Positions 31,401-43,583 of a DNA stretch of 64,000 nt are shown here, one piece after another. Both the position numbers and the translations under genes were made by a program. Position 1 is the first letter of the stretch. Every line of letters begins with the position of its first letter. Source of the DNA: an uncultured delta proteobacterium (lineage in GTDB: Bacteria; Desulfobacterota; Desulfobacteria; Desulfobacterales; QNYZ01); contig CAWJQU010000002.1 in the NCBI GenBank assembly GCA_963845145.1, positions 160,001 to 224,000 on the forward strand. The letters are read 5' to 3'. The notes beneath the pieces are model-generated. The model saw only the letters and a list, made by a program, of their open reading frames with translations, was not told the origin of the DNA and made no database searches.

Positions 31401-34400
31401 TCAGGGTCTCGGCCCACTGGTCCAGCTGGGTGCCTGAACCGCCGGTATTGTCATAAAGCGTCAGGCGCACGGGAATATCGGCGGTTAGATTGCTGCCGCA
31501 GCCGTCGTTGGCCACGGTCAGGGTGCCCGCCACAGAGACCGACCCGTCGGTGCTGCAGGTGGCGCCCAAGGTATCGGACAGGCCCCTCAGGTCGGGAATG
31601 TCCGCGCTCTTGTTGTCCGCGCAGTATGTGTTGTTGCTGCCGTCGAATTCACAGATTGCATTGGTGTAATCGAGTTCCACACCGATGGAGAATTGACAGC
31701 CCGTGGAGTTGGCCACCAAATTGGTGATCAAGGTCTGGTCGGGCAGGGTGAAGACCTGAGAGCCGCCCCCACTGGCAATGTTGACTGCGGTCAGAGTGGT
31801 GTCCCAGGTGCCCACAACATTGCCGCCGCAGCCCGTGTTGTCATAGAGGGTTAGCCGCACGGGAATATCGCTGGTAAGGTCAGCCCCGCAACCATTGTTG
31901 GTCACGGTCAGGGTGCCGCCCACGTTGACCTGCCCGTCGGTGCTGCAGGTGGCTGCGAGGGTGTCGGACGACACGATGAGGTCAGGAATCTGGGTCACAT
32001 AGGGACTGGAAACGACGGTGTTGTTACTGTTCGTACATTCGCAGACCGCATTTGCCGGGTCGATGGTGGCGGTATACGTGCAGTTGCAGTTGGCCGTGGT
32101 GGGTGTGTGGTTGAAGGTCAGATCGGTGCTGGTCCCTGCGGCCAGGTCCACGGTCTGGTTGACAAACACGATACCACAGGTGGAGACCAGCTGGACAACC
32201 GCGCCGGTCACGTCACTGAAACCGGTATTACCCACATTAACCGTCACACTGCCGCTGACACTGCCGTCGGTACTACAGGCGGCCAGGGGGGTGACGCTGT
32301 TGACCGCCAGGTCCGGCAGGGTGTTGGTGTGGGTCTCGGAGCGTGAGTTGTTGCTGCCGTCGCATTCGCAAATGGTATCCAACGGGTCCACGGTTGCCGT
32401 GAAGTCGCAGCTGTCGTCGGTGCAGTCGGACCACGCGTCGCTGATCGCGAAGGTCACCGTGGACGAGGCCCCGCTGGCCAGGGAAGCGATGCTCTGAGTG
32501 CCGGCGAAGGTCAGGCAGCCGTCAGTACCCAGCCCCACGGGCACATTGACAGCCACGCCCGGCCCCTGGTTGTGAACGGTCACATCCACGCTGCCGGCAT
32601 AACCGTCATTGGTGCAGGTGATGTTGGTGAAATCGATATCCGTGATGGTCAGGTCCGGCAGGGGGGAGCTAAAAGTTTCGGTGCGGCTGTTATTGGTGCC
32701 GTCGCATTCGCAGACTGTGTTCGGCTGGTCTACGGAGGCCGTGAAATCGCAGCTGCCGTCGGTACAGTCGGACCATGTTCCGCTGACATTGAAGTTCAGC
32801 CAGGTGGAGGCGTTGGCGGCCAGGCTGGTCACAGTCTGGGGGGTGAAGATCAGACAGCCGTCGGTGGAAAGGGCCACCTGGAAATTGGTGGCCGCCCCGC
32901 AACCGTTGTTCTGTACCTGTACGCGCACGTTACCGGAAATCCCGTCAGTACTGCAGGAAACATTTGAGAAATCGATGTCGGTGATGGAAAGATCGGGGAT
33001 GGGCGGCGCATAGGTCGTGGTGGTGGTGTTGTCATCTTCGTTGCACTCGCAAACATCACCGTTGAGATCCACCGTGGCATTGAAACTGTATGGCACCGCG
33101 CAGTTGCAGGCGGGCGCCCATGTAGCGGTGTTGATAATTACATCCGCGAAACCGCCGGCGGCTATAGCGCCGGAATGGGTCCCGGTACCGGTCCAGCCTT
33201 TGCCGTCGGTGACTTGCACGGTAAAGTCGCCGCTGGTGGTGCCGTCACCCGTGTTGGTAACCCGCACGCTGATGCTGCCGCTGACGCTACCGTCAGCAGT
33301 GCAGTTGACCTGTGGTGTGATACTGGTCACCACCAGGTTGGGCATCTGCAGGGTCGTGACAGAGGCACTGGCGGGGGTGCTGTCCGTACAATCGTAGGCC
33401 GTGGTAGTAGCGTTGAGGTCCGTGGCTTGCCCGGATACGCCACACCCCCATACGGCCTCGGCATTGTTTTGCCGGTATACTCGATTACAGTTGGCCTGGG
33501 CCGGCAATCCGTAATCGGGATTGAGCTGGGTCGAGACCCTGAACGTCACGGAATTGCCGGCGCCCAGATTGTTAAATTCCCAACCGTACACCCCACCGCC
33601 CAGATCGGCAATCGTGGCACCGGTGCCGTCCACGTCTATGAAGGTTCCCAACTGCATGGTCAGCCAATCCCCCGGAGAGTCTTCCACGCGTACCACCTGG
33701 GCGTTTCCGGTGCCATTGTTGGTGACGGTAAAGACCCACTCCTGGCTGCCGGTGGCACAATCGATCTGGGCCGTTGCCGGGGTTTTGGTGATGGCCAGTT
33801 GTGCAAATTCAGCCGTCAGGGTGATGCTTTCAGTGGCGGTATGCTGGGTGTCGCCGCAGCAGTCATAAAAGCGCAAATCAAAATCGAGATTATCAGTCAC
33901 GTAGCAGGCCGATTGCACTGTGAAGCGCAGCACCAGGGTGTCGCTACCACCGTCGGCCTGGACCGTTGTCACCAGGTTGTTGCCCGTGTCACCAAAATCG
34001 TAGAAAGTGATGGTACTCCCGGTTATGGTGGGATCACCGATGGTGCCGATAGCGGCAGTGGCCGAAGATTGATCAGAGCCGAGACCCGCTTCAGCTGTAC
34101 CGGCGTTATAGGTAATCCCCGGCGGCAGGGTGATGGCCAAATCGATGCTATTGGCGTCTGTGGGCCCGGGGTTCTCGGCCACCACGGTTATCTGGGTACT
34201 GTCATTGCAGGCATCGATGCTAGCCGGACTGACACCGAATGACAGATAGGTCAGGTCCGGCTGTCGGGTCTCGGTACGCACGGTCTGAATTCCCGTACTG
34301 GTTAGACACAGGGCATCATCCGGGGGCGTCCACTCCGGGTTGTGTGGCGGAACTCCCGTCAGCAGCCCCGCAGCCCCAATAGGCAATTACCGTATTATCC

Positions 34401-37400
34401 AGATCGGCGCTACAGGTCGGGGACGGACCGTCAGTCGTGGCGTTTAGGGTGAGGGTCACGGTGTCGCCGGGATTGACATTGCGCAGTTCCCAGGTGACCA
34501 ACTGGCCCGTATTGGTACCATTGTCGCTTGTGTAGGGTGGATCACCGACAGAAGAGGCGTAAGCAAAAGCGTCATCCATGGTGTCTTCTACCCAAATGAC
34601 GGGTAACGTGTAAGCGCTGTTGTTGGTAACGGTGATGGTCCACTGGATCGCTTCGTTGCAGCCGATGGGGTCATTGACGCGGGTTTTATCGATAGCAATA
34701 TCGGGGGCATTGAAAGCCACCGAAAAGGTGTTGGGAGCGGCGAAAAAACCATCCGCGCAAGGGTTTTCGTACGCGGTGATAACCGTGATATCGCCACCGG
34801 TAAAGGGGCAGTCGGCACTCATGCCGAACTCAATATCGATGGTGTCACCCGGTGCGGCACTGGATAGACCGGGAATCTCGGTACTGGTCCACACTGGGGC
34901 GATACCGTGGGATTGGGATCGTAAATGACGTTGGGCCCGTTCCAGGCACCGCCGTTTATCCGCCAACGGGTGGAACCCGATACATAGAGCAGGTTGGCCG
35001 GCAGGGTTTCGGTGACCTGCAGGTTATAGACCGTCACCTGTCCGGCATTTCGCAGGGTGATGAATCCGTCCGGGCTGGCACATGCATCGACGCCTTCGGC
35101 GGGGGTGATTGTGTTGGTGTTGATCAGGTTGGGGGCCGGGATCTCCACAACCGAATTGTCGGATATATCCGTTTGGCAGTTTACGCCGATACAGCCCCAA
35201 TTGGCGGTGACGTCATTGGTCAAGTTGTTGCAGTCCACCAGTCTGGCGACCAAGGTGATCTGACGCCGTTCGCCGGCGGCCAATTCAGAGATCACCACCG
35301 AGGCCCCGTTGATAGCGCCGCCATTGTGATCCAGTGAATCGATAATGGTGACACCCGTCATGTTGTCCACAATCACCGGGTTGACGCCGTGTTCATATAG
35401 CAGGCCGCTGCCCAAAACATCGTCCACCCATACATTATAGGCCGTACCGGTGCCACGGTTGGTAACATAAATTTCCCACTGAATAGTATTGGTATCGGCG
35501 TAATAAGTCTCGGGTGTCTTTTCGATGAGCAGGTCGCCACTCAATAGAAGGGCCGGTGTTTCCGTGGCCACCGTCGAACAGAGGTCATCGGCCGTGGCAT
35601 CATCATTACAAAGGTCGTCAAAATAAGCAGTGGCTGTCAAATCGCCGGTGCCGGTACAGCGCTTCTGCACATCAAGCTGGATAGTGGCATTCTGACCGTC
35701 ACCGCCAAAGATGTCGTTGAATGTCCAGACATAATCGCCGCTGCCATCAATGATCGGCGTGCAAGAGACCGGTGCAACCCCTCCGCAGATGCTCGCGGCC
35801 GGATTGACGACATAATAATTAAGACCAGAGAGCACCAGTCGGACATCTTTGGGATTGAAATTCGATGTTTGAGTCAGGGTTTGTGTGATGGTCTCGGTCT
35901 CGCAGGTGTTGAAAATCCGGCCCAGACCGTCAATGGTAAGCGACATGGCCGGAGAGCCCACGTTAACCACGGTGGTTTCGTGGATGATCCCGTCGGTCAG
36001 GCATTCTGATCCTGTGGATCCCATGTTGAGGCTGGACCAGGAATAGAAGCTGGTTCCCCCGCAGGCGGCGATGGTATCTTCCGTGGCCGTCAGATCATAA
36101 TTGATAGTCAGGGTCTGCCCCGCCAGGGGGGTTGCCGCAGCACCACTGAAATCGAGCAATAGCGTGCCGCCAGGACCGGGAGTAGTATCCGTCACAGCCG
36201 CCGAACCGGTAATGTCCCCGCTACCGGTGAGAGTGATGGAGAGGTTACCGTTGTACTGCTGCTCCAGATTGGCTTCCTCGGTAAAAACCAGATCCGACAA
36301 CACCACACCGGACCCACTGTCGAAGGCGTAAGTATTGGTAAAGGTAGTATCGTCACAACGCTCCGTGGGCGCAGAAGATGTTTTTTCGGAGGTCAGCCCC
36401 TCGGTGCATTCGATGGCCGTGGTTTGGGAATCGCTGGCACTCAGGGCACACCCGCAGCAATCGCTGCTCGTGGCCGAGATGGTGTTGGTGAAGAGAGTGT
36501 TGCAGTAGGTTTCGCATTGGGTAGCGTCCGGAATCTGGACCGTGATGGCGGTGTTGAGGGAGGCCGGAGGAGTATAGGTCCAGGTGATGGTGCGCGCCCC
36601 GGCATTCCAGGTGCCGCCGCCAAAATCGGTGACCGTCAATCCAGAGGGGATGGTGTCCACCACCGTCACCGCTCCCACGCTGCCGCTGCCGCATGATAGG
36701 GGACCGCTATAGGTGGAAGTGATATTGTAGGTGACGCTGCCGCCGATTTCCACGTCCGTCGGCCCGCCGGTTTTGGAAACCGTCAATTCGCTGGTGCCGG
36801 CCGGGGCGTTGATGGTACTCAGCTCCACCGGCGGGTAAAATTCCTGATTGCAGGCGTCCTGGTAGAGTTTCTGCCATAATAGATCTCCCGCGGGAAAACC
36901 GCCGCCGCACCAGCCGGTGTAAGTCAGATCGAAACTGAGGTTATAGGAATCTCCCGGATCGCCACTGGCGGCCAGGGGGTCGTCCAGTTCGAAACGGGTC
37001 TGGGCCACATTGTAATTGGCACCAGCCGACACATTGGAGACCGTGAAACCCGGGAAATCGATAATAGTATAAACATCGTATGCTACGCCATCGCCAATGT
37101 TGGTGATCGTGAAAGAGACGGTTTCAGTGTCGCCGCAATAAGTAAAATTGATATCCGGGGGGGTGAACGAAATAAGGGGGGAGTTCACGATACGTTGCAC
37201 CGAAGCCGTGGCCGTACCGCCGTCATCGGCCGAGTTGAAACACGTGTCGGCCGGCGAGGGTGCGCAACCGAATCGCACATCGGCTGTGTTGTCCAGGTTC
37301 TCGCAGGCGATCACCGTGGCGGTGATATCCATGGTGAGGGTATCGCCGGGATCCATGGATGCCAGGGCCGCATACTCATTGCTGGTCCAGGTGGTGGTCT

Positions 37401-38058
37401 GGCCGCTGTTGGAACCGTTTTGGGTGGCGGAAACATAGGCCAGGCCATCCCCCAGCACATCCGTTACCTCCACGTTTTCAATGACCCCGAATCCGGTGTT
37501 CTCCACCGTCAGAGTCCATGTAACGTCCTGGCCGACCTCCTGGGGAATTACATTTGGTGATTTTTTTATGGTCACCGCCCCGGGCATAACCATAATATTA
37601 TGAGGAAGAGCTACAACATTAGCAAGGCTACCGTTTAATATATAGTCAACCTCTGCATTCAAGCTTCCGGAGACAGATGAGCAGTCGGCCGTCAAGGAAA
37701 AGGAGACTTCAAGGGTCTCACCTGCGACCAGGGTAAAAGGACTTCCGCAAAGGGTATCGGTGTCCCAAACCAGGTCTGATCCCTGCGGACTCGGATCCGT
37801 AGAGCATAACAGATTGTTATCTACTAAAATTTGAGACGGCCCAGTATAGGTAAATCCGGTCAAATTGGCCAGACTTGCCGTGACTACGATATCGGTAATA
37901 TCGGTGCCGGAACTGTTTTCGATTGAGATCGTGTAGCCTTTGGTTTCACATTTATTGATTTCACCATCTCCCCCGATTGTCGGCTGCCCCCAAGTTTCAA
38001 TGGCTGAAAACGCAATTAATACCAATAGCACTATCCCAATTGACGTGGGGCGTCTCAT
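25408..38058 (-). CDS. Giant secreted surface protein (about 4,200 aa): DUF11-like repeats, Cys-rich CARDB repeats, duplicated helical domain, DUF11, two SdrD-B-like domains; frameshifts near 34895 and 34325
   Basis: ORFs 34819..38058, 34316..34966 and 25408..34386 overlap and continue one repeat pattern; signal peptide only on the first; K...TWTLTV.N.G...VTD.L..GL.YVS repeats; PDL...N.G...DP...ICE....NN repeats; G.VF.D.NGNG..D..D.G repeats. Confidence 0.85.
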
Positions 38059-40673
38059 TTGCTCTCCTTCATATAAATTCGGATACCTGAATAAGGCCAG
38101 GGCACTGCCACCTTATTTCTACCCGGACGAATGTCCACCAGTTGGATTTTTTCGATACCATCGACCACGATGGAAAGATGGTGTTTAACCGGTTCGATAC
38201 GGGTAAATATCACCTGCCCGTTCTTTCCTCTCGACTTGACCTTATCATCCAGGCCCGCCGTAAACGTCTCGACTAATTTCTCATTTTCGTCGCGGGTACC
38301 GTTGCCATTTTTATCTAAATAGACCGTCACTATAAGTTTTCCGTAGCCCGGTTCCTTATAAAGAAAAAAAGAGACATCCGCCGATTCGCCTTCAATCAAC
38401 CGAACCAGTTGAGAGGATTCCCCTGAGACATGAACATCCGCAGCCAGTTCCAACTCATTTATGGCCACCACATACTGACCGGATGCCAAATCAGAATATA
38501 GTGTCCGCCCGTCTTCATCGGTGGTCTGTTTCAATCCCGGTGGAACCAACAGAACTTCGATATCCTTAAGCGGCTTGTCTTTCGAGTCAAGGATATCGTT
38601 GCGGTTTTCGTCGCTGTATACCGTAACCGTAATTTCACTGGGCTCTTCCAAATCACCAATCCCCAGAAAAACCAAGGCGCTGTCTGTGCCGCTGACCCGG
38701 TTACCGCCACCGTCCTTACCGGTAGCCGTCGCGGTATTCTCATTTCTACCCGAAGCAGCATTGGTCCCCACCACTGCCTGGTAGGTAATAACCGTGCGCT
38801 GTCCCGGGCCCAGATTCCCCAGCATCCAGGTGTAGGTCCGCCCACTTCTTTGCGGATCGGCAAAAACGGCTCCATCACGTATCGCCTTGCCGTCCGGGAT
38901 CTTGATCCCATTAGGCATATGATCCTTTAATTCAATATCGAAAATAGGGCCGCTTGGGCTGATATTCTCCACCTCGATACGATAAGTCAGGATACCACCG
39001 ATTCGCGCATCGCGTTTTAAAGCCCGTTTGGTCACCCTCAGCCCGTCCGGTTCTACCGACTCAAAACCCGATACCGCCGTCACCGTGTTTGATAAAATTG
39101 GCTTTGGTACCAGATCGGCAATCACCTCGGCTCGGTTGGAAATACTCACCCCGGACCGAATAAATGGATCTACCCGGGCACTGATATTAAACGAAAACGA
39201 TGCACCCGGTCGTAATGGCTTGGAAAACGCCCAACGGTGCTGGCCGTTCTCCTCGCTATGGATTGCATCGGCGGCCGTGTCACTCACGTAGGTAAGGTCA
39301 TTCGACAACGTGTCGGTGACCGTCACTCCCGTGGCCGCGGATGATCCTTTGTTTTCCACGCGAATCGTGTAAATCTGTACCATGTTGGGCTTTACCGTCG
39401 ACTGGCTCTGGCGCTTAGTGATCACCAGATTGGACGCCCTCACCACTAATGTAACGATGGCCTGCTGACCTGTAAGACCACACCCCTCACCGTCCACGAC
39501 CACCTCATATTCACCCGGCTCAACCTCAAAGCCCACCCGCATCTCCAGGGTGGCATCGTTGTCTGTGGGGATCAGTTTCGTCTGCTTTAAGCGTGCCACA
39601 ATCATATCCGGATCACTTGTTTGACCGGACATGCCCGAGCCCGTGGCGTCGATGACATGCCGGGATCCTTTAATATCGATAGTGATCGGCCCTTGGCAGG
39701 AACCGATAAATTCTCCCAGAATGCGGCTCGTGACCGTCTGGCCAAGCTCCGTTTCGATTTTATCCGGATTTGCTCTGATCAGGCTGAAGCCGGGATCCAC
39801 TCCTCCTACGATTAGATTCACCTCGGTGGTGTGGCGAACGCTATGAGATCCATGGCTGTCCTCGTAATCGGCCGTTCCCTGGCCGGTGATGGTAAGAGGG
39901 TAGCGCCCCGGCGCCACGCCATTCAGCGTCACTGTCAATGTACTGGTACCGCCGTCTACGGTGATCGACGTCGACGACAAGGTCGCAGTGGCCCCAGCGG
40001 GTAAACCGGACACGGAAAGATCGACCCCATTATCCCACAGGCCAATCCAGTCGATCTCGATCATGTAGGTGGTTTCATCAAAGGTATCCACAGACCGCCG
40101 GTTGGGGTCGGCGTCGATATCGAAATCTTCCAGGCCATAGACAAAAAATTCCCCCCCTTGGACCCAGACGACCCAGTCACCCGAACTCTGATTTCTGACA
40201 GATATTTCGTTATTTGACTGTACCACGCTTTCAGACACACTCATTTCATCGGCAACCGGATAATTACAATCCGCCGGGCAGCTTCCTCCCCCGGTATTGC
40301 AGCCTTCCAGCCGGCCGACATCACTTCCATTGACGTAGAGATGATCATTTTCACAGGTAGCGGCACTGCTGCATTGACAGGATCTTGAAGGAGGGTAATC
40401 AATATCCTCAGCGCGAACGATAACACCTGCGCGCGTCATGATCCCGGGATCGAGAACGGATTCGGGCACCCCATTGTGATTCCAGGAAGTCGATTCACCC
40501 GGTTCTAACAGTCGGGGCGAAAAGGAGACCACGTCTCGATAAATCCTTGCCTCACGCTGGGCCAGGGCCGGAGAACCAAGTGCGCCAAAAGCTACCAAGA
40601 TGGCTAGCATCGTCACTACTGTTGTAAGTGAACGCCCGTTTCGAAATCTGCCGGGACGTCTTCTGTTCGTCAT
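38055..40673 (-). CDS. Secreted DUF11 / SdrD-B-like domain protein
   Basis: Signal peptide ending ALA; two DUF11 repeats (LVITK...YTIRVEN.G...VTDTL...N.A) and two VY.D.N.N..LD repeats; stop overlaps the giant gene start. Confidence 0.88.
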   Translation of the reverse strand: MTNRRRPGRFRNGRSLTTVVTMLAILVAFGALGSPALAQREARIYRDVVSFSPRLLEPGESTSWNHNGVPESVLDPGIMTRAGVIVRAEDIDYPPSRSCQCSSAATCENDHLYVNGSDVGRLEGCNTGGGSCPADCNYPVADEMSVSESVVQSNNEISVRNQSSGDWVVWVQGGEFFVYGLEDFDIDADPNRRSVDTFDETTYMIEIDWIGLWDNGVDLSVSGLPAGATATLSSTSITVDGGTSTLTVTLNGVAPGRYPLTITGQGTADYEDSHGSHSVRHTTEVNLIVGGVDPGFSLIRANPDKIETELGQTVTSRILGEFIGSCQGPITIDIKGSRHVIDATGSGMSGQTSDPDMIVARLKQTKLIPTDNDATLEMRVGFEVEPGEYEVVVDGEGCGLTGQQAIVTLVVRASNLVITKRQSQSTVKPNMVQIYTIRVENKGSSAATGVTVTDTLSNDLTYVSDTAADAIHSEENGQHRWAFSKPLRPGASFSFNISARVDPFIRSGVSISNRAEVIADLVPKPILSNTVTAVSGFESVEPDGLRVTKRALKRDARIGGILTYRIEVENISPSGPIFDIELKDHMPNGIKIPDGKAIRDGAVFADPQRSGRTYTWMLGNLGPGQRTVITYQAVVGTNAASGRNENTATATGKDGGGNRVSGTDSALVFLGIGDLEEPSEITVTVYSDENRNDILDSKDKPLKDIEVLLVPPGLKQTTDEDGRTLYSDLASGQYVVAINELELAADVHVSGESSQLVRLIEGESADVSFFLYKEPGYGKLIVTVYLDKNGNGTRDENEKLVETFTAGLDDKVKSRGKNGQVIFTRIEPVKHHLSIVVDGIEKIQLVDIRPGRNKVAVPWPYSGIRIYMKESK

Positions 40674-40723
40674 TATTGTGATCTCCTGATGGGGTCCCTT
40701 TGGTTAATTAGCGCACGACTTTG

Positions 40724-43165
40724 CTAAAACGTACCGGTCAAACTTACATAGCCATTATGGGTCTCAAAGGCCTCGCTGGTATCTTCATCGATATAATCGA
40801 TATATTCATATCCCACAGAAATTTTGAGAAAACGATATAACTGATATCCCAACTCGGTAAAAAACTTCTGTCGCTTGTCTTTAATCGACTCATCGATCAT
40901 TTTATATTTATATGAACTCAATATATCCCACCGATCATTGATCTGATACTTGGCCCCAAACAGCCAGGTCGTCGTCTGGGTCTCGGTGGTGTCCAACGGC
41001 GGAGCCTTGACCGCTTCATTTTCCAGGCGATAACCCCCGAACAGGCTCAGTGATCGCCGAAATTTATAATCCAACCGGAAAACCAAATCATCATAGGTCG
41101 CTGTTTCATTGGCTGCTTCCGGATAGGTCGTCTCATTGGTTTCATATTCATACTTCACCGTTGCCAAAAGATTGGAAAAAATATCCCAGAATACTTCGCC
41201 ACCGAAAATATTCCGAGTCCGCACACGCTCGTCCAATCGCTCATCGGTCTCGTCGTATTCAAATTTCAACCGGGTTTTTAGCACATCCAGCGGCCGGCTG
41301 GTCCACCTGAGGCGATAGGTCTCATCGGTCTGAGATGTTTCGTCGGCGACCAGGTCGGTTTCACGGCTGTACCGGGCACTGGCATCCAGATCCGCATAAC
41401 GGTTAAATATCCCCTGGACGCCAACCATAGAGATATCCTTTCGAAGGGTATAATCGTCCTCGACCTCTTCGTAGATAAATTGCTCTCCCTGTTCCAGGTA
41501 AAAGGTCACTTCCTGAATGGGGTGAATCTCGAACCGACCGAGGGCATCATGAATTTGGGTGTCATTGTCTTCATCGATCTGGTCGTTAAAATCTTCTAAC
41601 TGATAAGCAAACTGTAAAAAGGTCGCCCCCGTAAACCGAAACGATCCCAAAGGATATTTAACGGCACCCAGCAGCCGGTTGGTGGTTGTATCCAGTTCCT
41701 GAGTATCGTCATCGCTTTCACTATCAATTTTTTCCGCGGCCAATAGCCAGTCCGTTTTCTCCGGATGAATGCGTTTATAAGAAGCAAATAGGCTACGGGT
41801 GCTTATTTGAGGCGTGTCTACAAGGCCTGGAATATTGTTTTTGGTCTCCCTGAAACCCGTGGAAAGGGTGTGGTATGGATTTAAATCATAAGCTGCCGAC
41901 AACCCATAAGACTCTTCATCCGTCCCATGGGTCACGCTGATATTCGGATCCAAATCAAAGGTCAGGCTGGCACTTTTAAACGAGAAGGGCTCATCCAAGT
42001 CGATTTCATCGACCACATTGTCCGATTGTAAATTCAGATTCCCGAAAGAGAGAAAATCGCGTTCCACCCGCCAATAGCGACCATAGATGTGTAACGGGTC
42101 CACCGGGTTGGTGTCCACGTTGATTATAGTTGCGTCTGACGCCAGAGTATCTTCGAGTTCCGGGATCTCGCTTCGGGCCACTTCAACCCCAAACTGATAG
42201 CGATCGGTAAACTTTACCGACAGATCGGTCCCATAAATTTGACGACGATTATCCAATGCATCACCGCTGTCATTATCTTCCCAGGGCCCGTCAGCCAGAT
42301 AACTCACGCCCATTCGAATGGAATCGGAAGGCTCTGCAACCAAACGCGTCCCCCATGCGGCCCGCTTGAATCGGTCTCCGGGAGAATCATACTGGTAAGT
42401 GACCACAATGAAGGTGGGGTTGCCCCGGAAATCCTGCTCATCGACAGGCCGATCGAAGGTAATCTCGCCATCATCATAATCGATACGATAATCTTGGCCA
42501 CGTACCTGGCTTCTTTGCTGTATAACACGATTGGGATTGGCCCGATCCCGAATCTCAATGGTGACGGTTTCGCTGCCCGCTATTACCGGCGCCTCATTCA
42601 ACCGATAAGGCCCCGAAGTGCCATCCCCCCGAATGGTATCCGTGGTTGTTTCCCCGCGGATCACACCGGTCATCACCGTCGCACCGGCTTGGGAAAAACC
42701 GCCATGCAGCGTCATCCCTCGCACATGTTCATCCAGTGCTGTAAAAACCGTATCCTGAAAGGTGCCGTCCTCGTGATCACCCAGGATCATGAAGTGCTTT
42801 TCCTTGTTTAACTCAAATAAAAAGCGAAAATCATCTTCGTAAATTCCGCTGTCCGCTTCTTCATCATAGTGGCTTTTTAATAAGAAGGTGTAGTCATTAA
42901 ACAGTCGCCCTTCCCCATAGATCGAATACCGGCTACGGTTGGAGTATGCTTCCGGCAAACCATCATCGCTCTCTTCAAATAGATTGTCGGGATCGTCACT
43001 GGATGTGTAATTCTGTCGAAAAACGCCCAAGCCGATTATAAAAAAATCGTGCCCTTGTTCACTATTTTGGTAACGAAATGCGTCGGATCCAGGTGGAAAC
43101 ATTATCCCGGCCAACAAAAAGAGAAATAAGAATACAATTTCATGGCTTTTTTTCAGTCGGTTCAT
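40724..43165 (-). CDS. Large outer-membrane beta-barrel protein
   Basis: Signal peptide; acidic, aromatic-rich alternating strands; C-terminal YVSLTGTF beta-signal; GDGTSGPYRL...GSETVTIE...DYRIDYDDGEITF plug-like segment. Confidence 0.82.
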   Translation of the reverse strand: MNRLKKSHEIVFLFLFLLAGIMFPPGSDAFRYQNSEQGHDFFIIGLGVFRQNYTSSDDPDNLFEESDDGLPEAYSNRSRYSIYGEGRLFNDYTFLLKSHYDEEADSGIYEDDFRFLFELNKEKHFMILGDHEDGTFQDTVFTALDEHVRGMTLHGGFSQAGATVMTGVIRGETTTDTIRGDGTSGPYRLNEAPVIAGSETVTIEIRDRANPNRVIQQRSQVRGQDYRIDYDDGEITFDRPVDEQDFRGNPTFIVVTYQYDSPGDRFKRAAWGTRLVAEPSDSIRMGVSYLADGPWEDNDSGDALDNRRQIYGTDLSVKFTDRYQFGVEVARSEIPELEDTLASDATIINVDTNPVDPLHIYGRYWRVERDFLSFGNLNLQSDNVVDEIDLDEPFSFKSASLTFDLDPNISVTHGTDEESYGLSAAYDLNPYHTLSTGFRETKNNIPGLVDTPQISTRSLFASYKRIHPEKTDWLLAAEKIDSESDDDTQELDTTTNRLLGAVKYPLGSFRFTGATFLQFAYQLEDFNDQIDEDNDTQIHDALGRFEIHPIQEVTFYLEQGEQFIYEEVEDDYTLRKDISMVGVQGIFNRYADLDASARYSRETDLVADETSQTDETYRLRWTSRPLDVLKTRLKFEYDETDERLDERVRTRNIFGGEVFWDIFSNLLATVKYEYETNETTYPEAANETATYDDLVFRLDYKFRRSLSLFGGYRLENEAVKAPPLDTTETQTTTWLFGAKYQINDRWDILSSYKYKMIDESIKDKRQKFFTELGYQLYRFLKISVGYEYIDYIDEDTSEAFETHNGYVSLTGTF

Positions 43166-43292
43166 TTTTGAAACGAATCCTTCGAAAAAAATGATGTGTC
43201 AAAACCTTGACGGAGTTATGTTAAAGGCAACAGCATTCCGCTATGGCCTGAATTGCCCCTACTGTTTTAAATGACAGATTTAAGAATAACAC

Positions 43293-43309
43293 AGCAATTA
43301 TTATGCCAG
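43293..43309 (-). promoter_or_regulatory. Sigma54 (-24/-12) promoter for the barrel/adhesin operon
   Basis: Minus strand CTGGCATAATAATTGCT = GG-N10-GC, about 130 bp upstream of the 43165 start. Confidence 0.75.
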
Positions 43310-43583
43310 TCAAAAAGAAGGGGCTGATTTAGTTTTAATGGGGAGTAATAATTTAGGTGATTCTTATGCGATAACTATAAATAACAAGAACTTATCACGA
43401 GTATCCAAAAAGAATACATAACAACAACGAATTGCTACTAAACCGTGTACGGGTTATTTTACAGCAAAGACCTCCTCTAATTCAGTCCAGTTACAATTAA
43501 CGGGTCAATTACTGCCAATAGGATATACTTACACCGTATCAGTGTCAGGATTATTTTTCTACTAAAACAGATTCGAAAATTTT

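Noticed and set aside
25543..37560. Numerous plus-strand ORFs up to 355 aa opposite the giant gene
   Set aside because: Antisense shadows expected from GC-rich, biased codon usage of the minus-strand gene
40560..40673. Twin-arginine (Tat) signal in MTNRRRPGRF
   Set aside because: Lacks the S/T-R-R-x-F-L consensus; fits a long Sec signal ending ALA
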